Part shown: positions 1-9,865 of the stretch, in pieces
Layout: every line of letters begins with the position of its first letter
Position numbering within the stretch: position 1 is the first letter of the stretch
Assembly (NCBI GenBank): GCA_030740155.1
Contig: JASLXV010000030.1
Span: forward strand, 1 to 50,627
From: Dehalococcoidia bacterium
GTDB lineage: Bacteria > Chloroflexota > Dehalococcoidia > Lucifugimonadales > UBA3495
DNA: 50,627 nt
Direction: 5' to 3'
Position numbers and translations under genes: made by a program
Notes under the pieces: generated by a model
What the model was told of the DNA's origin: nothing
The model's database searches: none
The model's input: only the letters and a program-made list of their open reading frames with translations

Positions 1-1357
1 GCCGGTGGAGTTGACCCGCGCGTTCCTCGACCGCATCGAGCGGCTCGATGGCACACTTCAGTCGTACATCACAGTCCTGGGAGAAAGCGCGCTGTCCGAC
101 GCTCGGGACGCGGAGGCGGATATCCAGCGTGGCGACTACAAGGGACCCTTGCATGGCATCCCCATCGCCCTGAAGGACCTCTACGACACAGAGGGTGTGG
201 CCACTACCGCGGGCTCGAAGGTGCTGGCGGACCGCGTGCCCACTGAGGACGCCACGACGACCGCGCGGCTCAAGGCGTCCGGGGCCATCCTGCTGGGCAA
301 ACTCGCCATGCACGAGTTCGCCCTCGGCGGCCCCGACCCTACTACCGGCTTCCCGCTGGCCCGCAACCCCTGGAACCTCGACTATATCCCGGGAGGCTCC
401 AGCAGCGGCTCGGGAGCGGCTCCAGCCGCTTTTCTGTGCGCCGCGTCCCTTGGCGAGGATACCGGCGGTTCGGTCCGAGGACCGGCAAGCTGGTGCGGCG
501 TGGTGGGGCTCCGTCCCACCTGGGGCCGGGTCAGCCGCTACGGCCTGAGGCCGGGGATGTGGTCCATGGACACCATCGGACCCCTGACGCGAACGGTAGA
601 GGATTGCGCCATCACGCTCCAGGCTATTGCCGGTCACGACGCCAGAGACCCTCACACGTCGACCCTCCCCGTGCCCGACTACCGGCAAGCCCTGGACGGC
701 AATATCAAGGGCCTCAGGGTGGGCGTGATCAAGGAGATGATGTACTCCGACGTGGTTCAGCCGGAGGTCCGAGGGGCGGTGTCCCAGGCGATCAACGTTT
801 TGGGCGAGTTAGGAGCGTCGGTGGAGGAAATCTCCATCCCCCTTACCGGGAATTCCCGCACTATTTCAGACGCCCTGAGGATAGAAGCTCCAACCACTAG
901 CCGGGAACTGGTGCGGCATCGATTGCAGGAGATCGGGCACGATAACCGGATCCAATATCTCACCTGGAGCTGTGTCCCCGCGTTGGCCTATTACAAGGCC
1001 CAAAAGCTGCGCGCGCTCCTCCGCCAGCAGTTGCTCGAAGCCTTGGACAAGGTGGACGTGGTGCTGACGCCGACATCAGGGATACCTGCCCTGAAGATAG
1101 TGCCGGGCAGCGCCTTCATGTATGTCGCCGGCCCAATCGACAGTAAAGAGAAGGCCGGCCGCAACCCGTGGATGCTCACCACCGCCTTCAGCCTGGCAAG
1201 CATGCCCGCGCTGAGCATCTGCTGCGGCTTTACATCTCTGGGCCTTCCCATTGGCCTCCAGCTCGGCGGCGGCCCTTTCCAAGAAGAGACGCTGCTGAAG
1301 GTGGCCCACGCCTACGAGCAGAACACCCCATGGCATACTCGGAGGCCGGCCCTGTAG
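1..1357 (+). CDS. Amidase signature family enzyme (GatA-like amidase), 5' end truncated by the window
   Basis: GIPIALKD (catalytic Lys), GGSSSGS and SLGEDTGGSVRGPA amidase-signature motifs; C-terminal GLPIGLQL...EETLLKVAHAYEQ; the ORF is open to the window edge. Confidence 0.9.
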   Translation, partial: PVELTRAFLDRIERLDGTLQSYITVLGESALSDARDAEADIQRGDYKGPLHGIPIALKDLYDTEGVATTAGSKVLADRVPTEDATTTARLKASGAILLGKLAMHEFALGGPDPTTGFPLARNPWNLDYIPGGSSSGSGAAPAAFLCAASLGEDTGGSVRGPASWCGVVGLRPTWGRVSRYGLRPGMWSMDTIGPLTRTVEDCAITLQAIAGHDARDPHTSTLPVPDYRQALDGNIKGLRVGVIKEMMYSDVVQPEVRGAVSQAINVLGELGASVEEISIPLTGNSRTISDALRIEAPTTSRELVRHRLQEIGHDNRIQYLTWSCVPALAYYKAQKLRALLRQQLLEALDKVDVVLTPTSGIPALKIVPGSAFMYVAGPIDSKEKAGRNPWMLTTAFSLASMPALSICCGFTSLGLPIGLQLGGGPFQEETLLKVAHAYEQNTPWHTRRPAL

Positions 1358-2041
1358 CGCCGGGCGCCCGTAGCGCGGCCTCACAGGTGCCCGGCCAATC
1401 CCGTGGCGGTCGAGGGGCGCCGGCAAGAAGCTTCAGGATGGCGTTGATAGCCACGGCACACCGCATCCACCGCATTGCCGGCTTTCTTTCACCGGTTTCT
1501 TTAATGGGATAAGTATCGACATCCCGAAGCCCGGCTCCGCGGCCCGGGCTGGTTGAACCGGAGCCAGCCAGAGGTTATCGCCACCGCCCGCCGATAGGCG
1601 CGTCCACCGCAACGGGCGACTTAACTTCGGAGTGCGCTGCGGCGGTAGCCGTATTCGAGCGAGGGTTTATCGACGAGCGCACCCCGAAGTTGCCGGCGCG
1701 GCACGGGACCTCGGACAATCACCTCGCCCGGCCGCCGGGGAACCAGGACGGCGAGTAGCGGTCGAGGCGAGGAAGTTCCGGAGAGAAGCCAAGAGCGCCA
1801 AGGCCTAGAGGCCGTTGAACGTCGGCAGATACATTTGCTGTTTCGCCAGGTTCGCCTCGGAAGGAGCGGACCCCTGGAACGGGACCGCCTTTTCTGCCGG
1901 GGCATGGATATGCAGCCGGTGCACTATGTTGCTGGCCAGATGCGCCGAGGCGACGGCGACATGGACCACTTCCTGTCTGGGACTCATTACGTACCTCTCT
2001 TACACCAGTGCTGAGCGCTGGTACGATTTCACTATACTAAT

Positions 2042-2069
2042 ATCTTATCATGAAACGATAATAGTGCAA
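2042..2069 (-). promoter_or_regulatory. Putative sigma70-type promoter with an operator-like palindrome in the spacer
   Basis: Minus strand TTGCAC (2069-2064), 16 nt, TAAGAT (2047-2042) in an AT-rich patch; TTATC-N7-GATAA at 2045-2061; upstream of GAGAGGT plus ATG at 1987. Confidence 0.4.
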
Positions 2070-2281
2070 GCAAGTGCTGCTATCCATCCTCGATATTCTA
2101 CAACGCGACGTAATACGGCGCTCAGATAGGAAAGGACGAGATCACGGGAGGTTTCAGGTCAGGGAAAGCGCGTGGGCCGGCCGCACTGGGCCTCGACGGC
2201 AAGTGACGCATACCTTCATCTCGCCTGCGAGGTACGCCAAGCTATGGCCTTGGCGAAGGACCAGTGGACTCGAATTAGGTC

Positions 2282-2830
2282 TCAGGCGGCCAGGTATTCC
2301 TCGGATGTCAGATGTATCGGCAGAGTGAGAGGCAACTGCGCGATCCAGTCCGCCGCCACCATCCCCATAATAGCCTGGTCCTCGACAGATCCGCTGCCGA
2401 GGCTTTGACCCCGGCGCACGCCTTCAACCCGAAAGCCGGCCTCTTCATGGGCCCGAACGGCCAGCACATCGCGGACACTGGCGGACGCGGTAAGGCGCCG
2501 GAGACTAAGATACGAGAAAGCATATCGGGTTGCCAGCCGAATGGCTTCGGTGGCGATCCCTTCTTCCCAGTATGTTTCGCCCCCAATCCTGACCAGGATG
2601 TTGGCAATCCCATGCCTGGCGCTGACCGGGCCGAGCTTTATGTTTCCAACGTAGCTGCCCCCGTCATTGGCGACGATGGCGAACAGACGCAAGGATTGAC
2701 TGGCGGGCTCAGAGCATTGGGATTCAGTGCCGTGGGCGGCCTCGGAATTCCTTTTCCAATGGAGGTGCGTCTTGCTGACGTCTAGGTGCGCCAACGTTCG
2801 CAACTGGACGTTGGCGCCTTGAATACGCAT
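2282..2830 (-). CDS. RimJ/RimL-type GNAT N-acetyltransferase, possibly degenerate
   Basis: LFAIV...YVGNIKLGPV...IGGETYWEEGIATEAIRLATRYAFSYLSLRRL...GFRVEGVRR pattern; start placed at MRIQGANVQLR (ATG 2830). Confidence 0.7.
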   Translation of the reverse strand: MRIQGANVQLRTLAHLDVSKTHLHWKRNSEAAHGTESQCSEPASQSLRLFAIVANDGGSYVGNIKLGPVSARHGIANILVRIGGETYWEEGIATEAIRLATRYAFSYLSLRRLTASASVRDVLAVRAHEEAGFRVEGVRRGQSLGSGSVEDQAIMGMVAADWIAQLPLTLPIHLTSEEYLAA

Positions 2831-3489
2831 TTCGCAGTTTCTCATACGTGGAATGTAATACGGACCAATCGCGGGAAACAGTGTGTTAACACCCTTGGCC
2901 CGTCTGGATAACCCCTGCCTGAACGTTGGGGGGTGGCCAACAACGAAGGTGGGTGTTCCATACTTATCAACGATACAGAACAAGGCGAAACCAAGAAAGG
3001 GGAGAGCCGCCACGCCACTCCAGCAAGCGTTTGCTGCCAAGACGAATAAAGGATTTCCCCGATATGAGGCGCAGGGTCTTGTTCTCGACCCTTTGGCGGG
3101 CGCCTATGGCTAGGGTGCCGGTGGCGAAGATGATCGAACCTGCGGGCCTATGGCATGCCGGCTCTGAGAGTGGGTCTGGATCTCAGTGCCTCAGGACTGT
3201 TGGCTGCGAGAAAGGTGGATAATTGATCTCGATCCCCCTTGTAAAGACTTGCCCAACCGGTCTTGAAGACGGGAATGGGGCTGGATAGGCTTTGCACCGA
3301 AGGTTGACGGCGTTCATCAAGAACACTAGTATGGTCCTCGTCGAGGATGGCGCCTTCCTCAGGTTCTGTTAGATTGATGGGGGGCAATTCGGACCATTGC
3401 CCGCCGTGGCCGCCAGAGCCGCGGTCGCCAACCCGACCACCAGATCTTGGAGTCGGTCTCGGAGCCTTTACCAGAAAATGGGAGGAAAT

Positions 3490-5154
3490 ATGGCTACGGT
3501 TAAAGGATCTACCATAGTTGCCAGGGCCCTGAAGAATGAGGGAGTGGATATCTTCTTCTATCTCAGGGGCGGCCCCATAGGCGGGATCATCAACGATTGC
3601 CACGCGGTGGGCCTCCAGGGCATCAACACGCGGCACGAGCAGGCTTCCGCAATGGAGGCCCACGCCTACTCCCGGGTGACCGGCAAGCCCGGCGTCTGCA
3701 TGACCACTGCCGGGCCCGGCGCGACCAACGCCGTGACCGGAGTTGCCAACGCCCTGGTGGACTGCTGCCCGGTGATAACCTTGGGAGGGTCCAGCGCCAT
3801 GGCCCTGTTCGGCAAGGGAGGCTGGCAGGAGCTTGACCAGCTGGCCGTATTCAAGCCCATCACCAAGTGGGCGGACCGGGTCCTGGAGACCAGGCGAATC
3901 CCCGAGTACATAAGCGACGCCTTCCGGCATGCGGTTTCGGGGAAACCGGGACCAACCTACCTGGACCTGCCCGTGGACATTATCGAGGGAGAGGTAGAGG
4001 AAAGTGAAGTGATCTACCCGGTGCGCTCTCGCACCACGATCCGGCCCGCCGGGGACCCCAGTCTTGTCAAGGAAGCGGCGGAGATTCTGGTCAAGGCGGA
4101 GCGACCCATAGTCCTCGCCGGCACCGGCACATTCTGGTCTCAGGCGAGCCAGGAGTTCCAGGAGTTCGTGGAGAAGACCAACGTCCCGTTCTTCACCACG
4201 CCCCAGACCAGGGGGATCGTCCCCGATGACCATGAGATGTGCTTCTTGGGTGCCCGTTCCGCGGCATTCCGGGAGGCCGACGTCGTATTGGTCATGGGCA
4301 CCCGGTTCAACTACATGCTGGCATTCGGCCAGGCTCCCAGATTCAGTGCGAACGCCAAGGTGATACAGGTGGACATCGACTCCGCGGAAATCGGCCACAA
4401 CCGGGCGGTGGACGTCGGCATCGTCGGCGATGCCAAGACGGTTTTCCAGCAGCTTACGGAGGCCATTGGAGACCGAAGGAAGGGCGCCAATGCCGCCTGG
4501 ATTGACAAGTTACGGGCCCAGGACACCGCCAACAAGGAGCGGCAGGAGGCCCAGATGGAGAGCAACGCGGTCCCCATCCATCCCCTCAGGCTGTGCAAAG
4601 AGGTCAGGGACTTCATGGACCGGGATGCCATCCTGACGGTGGACGGCACGGAAATTCTCAACTTTGGCCGCCAGTCGATTCCCAGCTTCACGCCGGGCAG
4701 CAGGCTGAACTCCGGCCCCTGGGGTAACGTGGGGACCGGAATCCCCTTCGCCATCGCGGCGAAGGCCGCCCACCCGGACCGGCAGGTGGTGGCCTTGACC
4801 GGCGACGTCTCCTTCGGCTTCAACGGCATGGAGCTGGAGCCGGCGGCCCGCCAAGGCATCAACATCATCACCGTGGTGAGTAACAACGCCGGCATCGGCG
4901 CCCGGGCGCCGGAGATGAGGGAGACGAACTACGGCCAGTACATGGGCTTTCGAGACTACCAGAAGATTGCGGAGGCCTTCGGCGGCTATGGTGAGCGCGT
5001 CGAGAAGCCGGAAGACATCCGCCCCGCGCTGGAACGCGCCGCGGCGTCCGGCGTGCCCGCTGTCATCAACGTGATCGTGGAGTCGGACGTAAAGGTCGTC
5101 ACCCAGGCCTGGTCGGCTTACCGGACCGCGGACATGGGTGTAAAGAGAGACTAG
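3490..5154 (+). CDS. Thiamine diphosphate-dependent enzyme, 2-hydroxyacyl-CoA lyase/oxalyl-CoA decarboxylase/ALS-like
   Basis: RHEQ catalytic Glu, TAGPGATNAVTG, GD(V)...NN ThDP-binding motif; GGAGG RBS before ATG 3490. Confidence 0.9.
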   Translation: MATVKGSTIVARALKNEGVDIFFYLRGGPIGGIINDCHAVGLQGINTRHEQASAMEAHAYSRVTGKPGVCMTTAGPGATNAVTGVANALVDCCPVITLGGSSAMALFGKGGWQELDQLAVFKPITKWADRVLETRRIPEYISDAFRHAVSGKPGPTYLDLPVDIIEGEVEESEVIYPVRSRTTIRPAGDPSLVKEAAEILVKAERPIVLAGTGTFWSQASQEFQEFVEKTNVPFFTTPQTRGIVPDDHEMCFLGARSAAFREADVVLVMGTRFNYMLAFGQAPRFSANAKVIQVDIDSAEIGHNRAVDVGIVGDAKTVFQQLTEAIGDRRKGANAAWIDKLRAQDTANKERQEAQMESNAVPIHPLRLCKEVRDFMDRDAILTVDGTEILNFGRQSIPSFTPGSRLNSGPWGNVGTGIPFAIAAKAAHPDRQVVALTGDVSFGFNGMELEPAARQGINIITVVSNNAGIGARAPEMRETNYGQYMGFRDYQKIAEAFGGYGERVEKPEDIRPALERAAASGVPAVINVIVESDVKVVTQAWSAYRTADMGVKRD

Positions 5155-5374
5155 ACGGCTCAGGCACCTCAGAAACCAGGCAGGCGGGTTGGCAGCGGTC
5201 GATCAGAGTCGCCCAACGCCAACCCGTCGACCCGGCTAGAAGCACCGGCCCCGGCCCCTTGGTGCCCCGACACCAAGGGGCTATTTCGTTGGGCTGGCCG
5301 GGCCTGAACCTCCGAACACGGCTAGTCAACGACTCTGGTAGCAGCGGGTTCTTCGCCGGGGCCGGCTCTCACGG

Positions 5375-6901
5375 TCAATCCTGTCTTGAGGCTATAACAA
5401 TTTCTGCGACAGGAATGGAGGCGGTTACCCTGGTACCGTTGCCCGGGCTGGACCGGATCTCGAACCGGCCACGCAGGAGTTCAGCCCGTTCCTGCACACC
5501 AAGGAGCCCCAGTTGACCGGTGGCGGCAAAACTTGCCAAACCGGGAGGAGGGATGAAGCCGATCCCATTGTCGGTCACATCCAATGTAATTTCGTGCTTG
5601 GTAAAGGTTACGCTCACCGCCACCCGGTTGGCGTTGGCGTGGCGTTCCACGTTGTGAAGGGCTTCTTGGGCGATACGAAACAAGCCCAACTCAACTTCTG
5701 CTGACTGCCGCCGCTCTTCTCCAGTCACTTTGAACCGCCACTTTGTAGCAGTCCTTCCCGAAAGTTCGACCAGCAGCCTGCGGATCGAGGTCACCAGCCC
5801 CAGGTCTTCCAAGACCGGCGGCCGGAGCGCCCGGGTCAAGTCTCGAAGCCCCTCGACAACCTGCTCCGCGGAACTCCTGGCTTCTCTGAGTTCGTCACTC
5901 ACCGAGGTGGACTCGGACCCGCAAGCGCTCTCGGCGAGGTCCAACCGGCGGCACAGGAGGATGAGTTCTTGGAGCGTCACGTCGTGCAACTCCTGGGCAA
6001 TCCGTTTGCGCTCGTCTTCCTGAGCCCGCAGCATATGTGCGGCATACGCCCTCAGTCCCATCTGTCGATGCCGCTCCTCGGTAACATCCCTCAGAAGGAC
6101 CTGAGTGACAGGGCTGACTTCATTTTCGCCGGTTAGGGTGAGGGACGGCTCCAGGTAGACCTTCGAACCGCCCCCGGACTCGAGGATTAGGTTGGCGTCC
6201 TTTCGCCCTTCTTTCAGGAACGGGTGCAACAGTTTCTGCGCGCCGTCGATTCCAAGCAGATCAGCCACGGCCATACCCCTCAAGCTGCTGGAAGCCCTAC
6301 CAAACAGATCGCCGGCCACCGGATTGGCTTCAAGGACAATAGCGCCTTGGTCAAGAACCAGAATAGCCACGGGGCTGGACTCAAACAAGCCCCGGTACTT
6401 TCCCTCTGATGTTTTGAGCGCGGCGCCAACGGCTTCCGCGCGTTCTCGTGCCTGTTTCTCACGGTCAACTCGATGTCCCACCAGGACTGCCACCCCGATG
6501 ACGATGGCTACCTGGAGAAACTCGGCCGTGCGCTCGAGGTTATCATGCGCGAGGAAGAGGCTGGGCAGGACGAGAATGGAGCACCAAGCGGCTGTCGCGA
6601 GCGTGCCGGGGAGCCCGAATCTAAGGGCTGTGTAGACCATGGGAACGAAGAACATCGAGAGGGGGAGGAAGTAAAAAAGCGGGACATAACGGTGGCCATG
6701 GTCCAGAGCCTCAAGAATCTCAAAAATGATGTGTACCGCGGCGACCAGTAATACAAGGCCCTGGACCACCCAGAATTGCCTGCTTCTGAGCCTAGGACGA
6801 TACGGATACAGCCGGTGCTTCCATTTTTCCGTCCAGTCCAGAGGGCTCAGGCTCGACAGGTTCCCTGCGGCTCGAACCGCACCCAGTTCCGGTCTATTCA
6901 T
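5375..6901 (-). CDS. Membrane sensor histidine kinase (TM helices + PAS + HisKA_3 + HATPase)
   Basis: ERKRIAQELHD H-box, QEALHNVERHA N-box, DNGIGF and GLLGVQER G-boxes; PAS-like YRGLFESSPVAILVLD; its ATG overlaps the response regulator stop (ATGAATAG). Confidence 0.92.
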   Translation of the reverse strand: MNRPELGAVRAAGNLSSLSPLDWTEKWKHRLYPYRPRLRSRQFWVVQGLVLLVAAVHIIFEILEALDHGHRYVPLFYFLPLSMFFVPMVYTALRFGLPGTLATAAWCSILVLPSLFLAHDNLERTAEFLQVAIVIGVAVLVGHRVDREKQARERAEAVGAALKTSEGKYRGLFESSPVAILVLDQGAIVLEANPVAGDLFGRASSSLRGMAVADLLGIDGAQKLLHPFLKEGRKDANLILESGGGSKVYLEPSLTLTGENEVSPVTQVLLRDVTEERHRQMGLRAYAAHMLRAQEDERKRIAQELHDVTLQELILLCRRLDLAESACGSESTSVSDELREARSSAEQVVEGLRDLTRALRPPVLEDLGLVTSIRRLLVELSGRTATKWRFKVTGEERRQSAEVELGLFRIAQEALHNVERHANANRVAVSVTFTKHEITLDVTDNGIGFIPPPGLASFAATGQLGLLGVQERAELLRGRFEIRSSPGNGTRVTASIPVAEIVIASRQD

Positions 6902-7568
6902 GGTCGAGCCTCTTGAGGCTAACCCACCCCCGGGACATTGCGAACAGCACCGCTTCAGTGCGGGATGAGACATCAAGTTTGACGAACGTGCTGTTCAAAT
7001 GCCCTTCCACCGTGCGGACACTGATTTGCAGTTTGCCTGCTATCTCCTTGTTCCGAAGCCCGCCGGCGGCAAGCGCCAGCACCTCTCTTTCCCGAGGGCT
7101 GAGCTGTTCGGCGAACTCCCGTTCGACCGAGACTCCCTGGTGGGCCCAGAGGCGAGCAACCTTCATCGCGATGGCCGGATCGAGCACCGGCTCGCCCAGA
7201 CTGACGCACCGCACTGCCCTGACCAATTCGATCGCCCTCGCGGTCTTCAGAATGTACCCGGCGGCGCCGGCTTCCATCAAGGCAAGAATGTAGTCGTCAT
7301 CATCGTAGGCGGTTAGTATCAGCGCCCTGGTGTTGGGAGCGCACTCCTTCATCCGGCGAACGACCTCGATCCCGGTGAGCTTCGCCATCCGGATATCCAG
7401 AATCGCGACATCAGGACGGAGGCGCGCTAGAAGGCTCAGCGCCTCCTCACCATCCTCGGCTTCGCCGACCACCGTTAAATCCGCATGCCGCTCCAGGATG
7501 CCGCGGGTCCCCTCGCGTACCAGGGCGTGGTCCTCTGCCAGCACTATCGTTATCGGCACCATACTCAC
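6894..7568 (-). CDS. NarL/FixJ (LuxR-type) response regulator
   Basis: AEDH...ILDIRM receiver domain, LTAY, GYILK; LSPREREVL...NKEIA...ISVRTVEGH LuxR HTH. Confidence 0.95.
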   Translation of the reverse strand: MSMVPITIVLAEDHALVREGTRGILERHADLTVVGEAEDGEEALSLLARLRPDVAILDIRMAKLTGIEVVRRMKECAPNTRALILTAYDDDDYILALMEAGAAGYILKTARAIELVRAVRCVSLGEPVLDPAIAMKVARLWAHQGVSVEREFAEQLSPREREVLALAAGGLRNKEIAGKLQISVRTVEGHLNSTFVKLDVSSRTEAVLFAMSRGWVSLKRLDHE

Positions 7569-7614
7569 CCACCGCCACCATCATTGTTGCATCCCACATA
7601 TGCCGAAGGGGGTC

Positions 7615-7647
7615 GTGAAACTACCTGGTTTAGGTAAGTGTTTTCAC
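7615..7647. promoter_or_regulatory. Inverted repeat in the divergent promoter region; candidate regulator-binding site
   Basis: GTGAAA-c-TACCT-ggttt-AGGTA-agtgt-TTTCAC between the response regulator and SPFH genes. Confidence 0.35.
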
Positions 7648-7986
7648 CCGTTGCCGAAGAAGGGTTTCCTCGGATGTTGGATAATCTCCACGGCTCTACA
7701 CTAATGTACACCGATTGTGACGAGTATCGCAATCGGCCGGGAGCCCGAGTGCCGCGAGGCTGGGATGCGAGGTCTCCAAGACGGTCCGGCGGCTGGCCTG
7801 CGAGCGGCGGACATCTGGAATTAGCAGCAGGACTGCCCCACGGACGAATGAACCAAGCTGTGGGTAGGACTCACCGGGAAGCCGGGGCGGCGATGGAAGC
7901 CGCAGCGGATGGCCGGGTGTGAAGATAGACATCCGCTACGTGGGACGGCCCAAGACCATCGCCAAGACTGTCAGGGGAGGTCAGCA

Positions 7987-8802
7987 ATGTTAGCTCTATA
8001 CACCGCCATCGTAATAGTGGGGTTGCTGATGCTGTTGACCCTGCTGGGCATCGCGATAAAGGTGGTCAAGCAGTGGGAACGGCTTGTGGTGCTCCGATTC
8101 GGGAAACTGCTTAGCGTCCGGGGACCGGGCCTCCGGGTGATCATCCCCTTTGTTGACCGGGTGGTCAAGGTGGACACCAGGATAGTGACTTTCGTGCTCG
8201 AACCCCAGGAGGTGATCACGAAGGACAACGTGACGATCCGGGTGAACGCGGTGGTGTACTTCAAAGTGGAAAATCCAGCGACCGCCGTGGTCGCCGTGGA
8301 AAACTACGCCGGGGCCACGATCCAGATCGCCTTGACCACTCTGCGAAGCGTCCTGGGCCAGTCGGAGCTGGACGAAGTGTTAACTCGCCGCGAAGAGATC
8401 AACGAGAGGCTGCGTGCCATCATCGACGAGCAAACAGAGGAGCCCTGGGGAGTCAAGGTGACGGTGGCCGAGGTGAAGGACGTTCTTCTCCCCGAAGTGA
8501 TGCAGCGGGCCATGGCCAGACAGGCCGAAGCGGAGCGGGAGAGGCGGGCCAAGCTCGTTCATGCCCTGGGAGAGCATCAGGCGGCTGAGGCCCTCGCCCT
8601 GGCGGCCGACGTGATCTCGCAGCACCCGATAGCGCTTCAGCTGAGATACCTCCAGACCATGGTGGAGATGGCCAGCGAGAGGACCAGCACGATCATACCG
8701 ATACCATTGGGAATCTTCGACTGGTTCAAGGGGCTGAATGGCGCGAGCCATGGTCCCGCCGAGGAGAACCTGATCCCAAGGGAGTTCGCTAGCCCGGATT
8801 AG
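7987..8802 (+). CDS. SPFH/band 7 (slipin/stomatin-like) membrane protein
   Basis: N-terminal TM helix; QEVITKDNVTIRVNAVVYF, TTLRSVLGQSELDEVL, MARQAEAERERRAK, ALQLRYLQT; GGAGG RBS before ATG 7987. Confidence 0.93.
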   Translation: MLALYTAIVIVGLLMLLTLLGIAIKVVKQWERLVVLRFGKLLSVRGPGLRVIIPFVDRVVKVDTRIVTFVLEPQEVITKDNVTIRVNAVVYFKVENPATAVVAVENYAGATIQIALTTLRSVLGQSELDEVLTRREEINERLRAIIDEQTEEPWGVKVTVAEVKDVLLPEVMQRAMARQAEAERERRAKLVHALGEHQAAEALALAADVISQHPIALQLRYLQTMVEMASERTSTIIPIPLGIFDWFKGLNGASHGPAEENLIPREFASPD

Positions 8803-9046
8803 GAAGCCCAACGGCCGTGCTCCAACAGGTTGCGGCAATACCTCGAGGGAAGACGGCCGCACCGGAGGCTGGATCAAGGCCAGGCCGCCACGTTCTCCCC
8901 CGAGCGTTGCTGGCTGGCGAGAAGGCCCCACGGAAGACCGTTCGTAAACTGGGCGCCGGCCACTACAATTGAAGGTGCCAATTGAGCAAAGGGGAGTTAC
9001 TTTGATTTCCGACAGTGGGGCCGCGGCGACCCCACGAGAGGGTGCG

Positions 9047-9535
9047 GTGAAAAGAGCGCTGGTGTTTGGTGTACTCATCGCCCTCGGTGGCGTGGCAGTC
9101 TTTTCCCTGGTGATTCAAGCGGTCCCGTACGGGCGTGACCACACCAACCCGCCGGTGGGACTGGAGCCAGTTTGGGATAGTCCTCAGACCCGTGAGCTGG
9201 CGGTCCGTGCCTGCTTCGACTGCCACAGCAATGAAACAGTCTGGCCCTGGTATTCGAATATTGCTCCTGTGTCCTGGCTGATACAGAGGGACGTTGACAA
9301 GGGGCGAGCAAAGCTCAACTACTCCGAATGGGACCGGCCGCAAGACGAGGGCGATGAGTCGGCGGAAGAGTTACGAGAGGGGGATATGCCTCCCTGGTTC
9401 TACCCGATACCCGACCCCAAACGCAGGCTATCCGGCCTCGAACGAGCCTCGCTAATAAGAGGGCTGGAAGCCACCTTCGGCACCGAGGGGAACGAAGGCG
9501 GCGAAGAGCATGACGATGATGACGACGACGATTAG
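9047..9535 (+). CDS. Exported heme-binding (Haem_bd-type) c-type cytochrome domain protein
   Basis: Signal/TM anchor, CFDCH (CxxCH), NETVWPWYSNIAPVSW, distal MPP; acidic poly-Asp tail. Confidence 0.85.
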   Translation: MKRALVFGVLIALGGVAVFSLVIQAVPYGRDHTNPPVGLEPVWDSPQTRELAVRACFDCHSNETVWPWYSNIAPVSWLIQRDVDKGRAKLNYSEWDRPQDEGDESAEELREGDMPPWFYPIPDPKRRLSGLERASLIRGLEATFGTEGNEGGEEHDDDDDDD

Positions 9536-9865
9536 CACCCTGTCGGTCTGGTATTACCGGCGAACTCAAGCTCCATGTCGCCCTGGCCCAGGCCTGGGAT
9601 TCGACGGTTAAGCTGAAGTGTAGCGCGGAAGCGATGGCCGCCCCGGCTCTGATCGTCGCTGATCTGGTCGCAACCTGGAACCCGGTCAACGACGAATGCG
9701 TGGTCGTTACCGATGCTGGGGCGACGGTAGATTACGGCGTTTGGAATGTTCTAGGGAACGGAAACATTGTGCCGGAAAACCGCGAGGCCATCCGCAGGAA
9801 CACGCGGGGCGGCCTCGCGGCTTGCTAAGCCCGGGCTTCTTGGTGTGTGCCAACTTTGCGGCCGG

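Noticed and set aside
1..1357. Calling the amidase gatA
   Set aside because: No gatB follows it and the C-terminal half lacks GatA-specific features; a generic amidase is more likely.
3148..4398. Long antisense ORFs (also 11401..12537, 22455..23579, 36657..37964, 39149..40135, 45127..46410)
   Set aside because: They are shadow or off-frame ORFs overlapping well-supported genes in GC-rich DNA and carry no motifs.
9634..9828. 64-aa ORF after the heme-binding gene
   Set aside because: No clear RBS or motif; it may be a gene fragment but cannot be supported.
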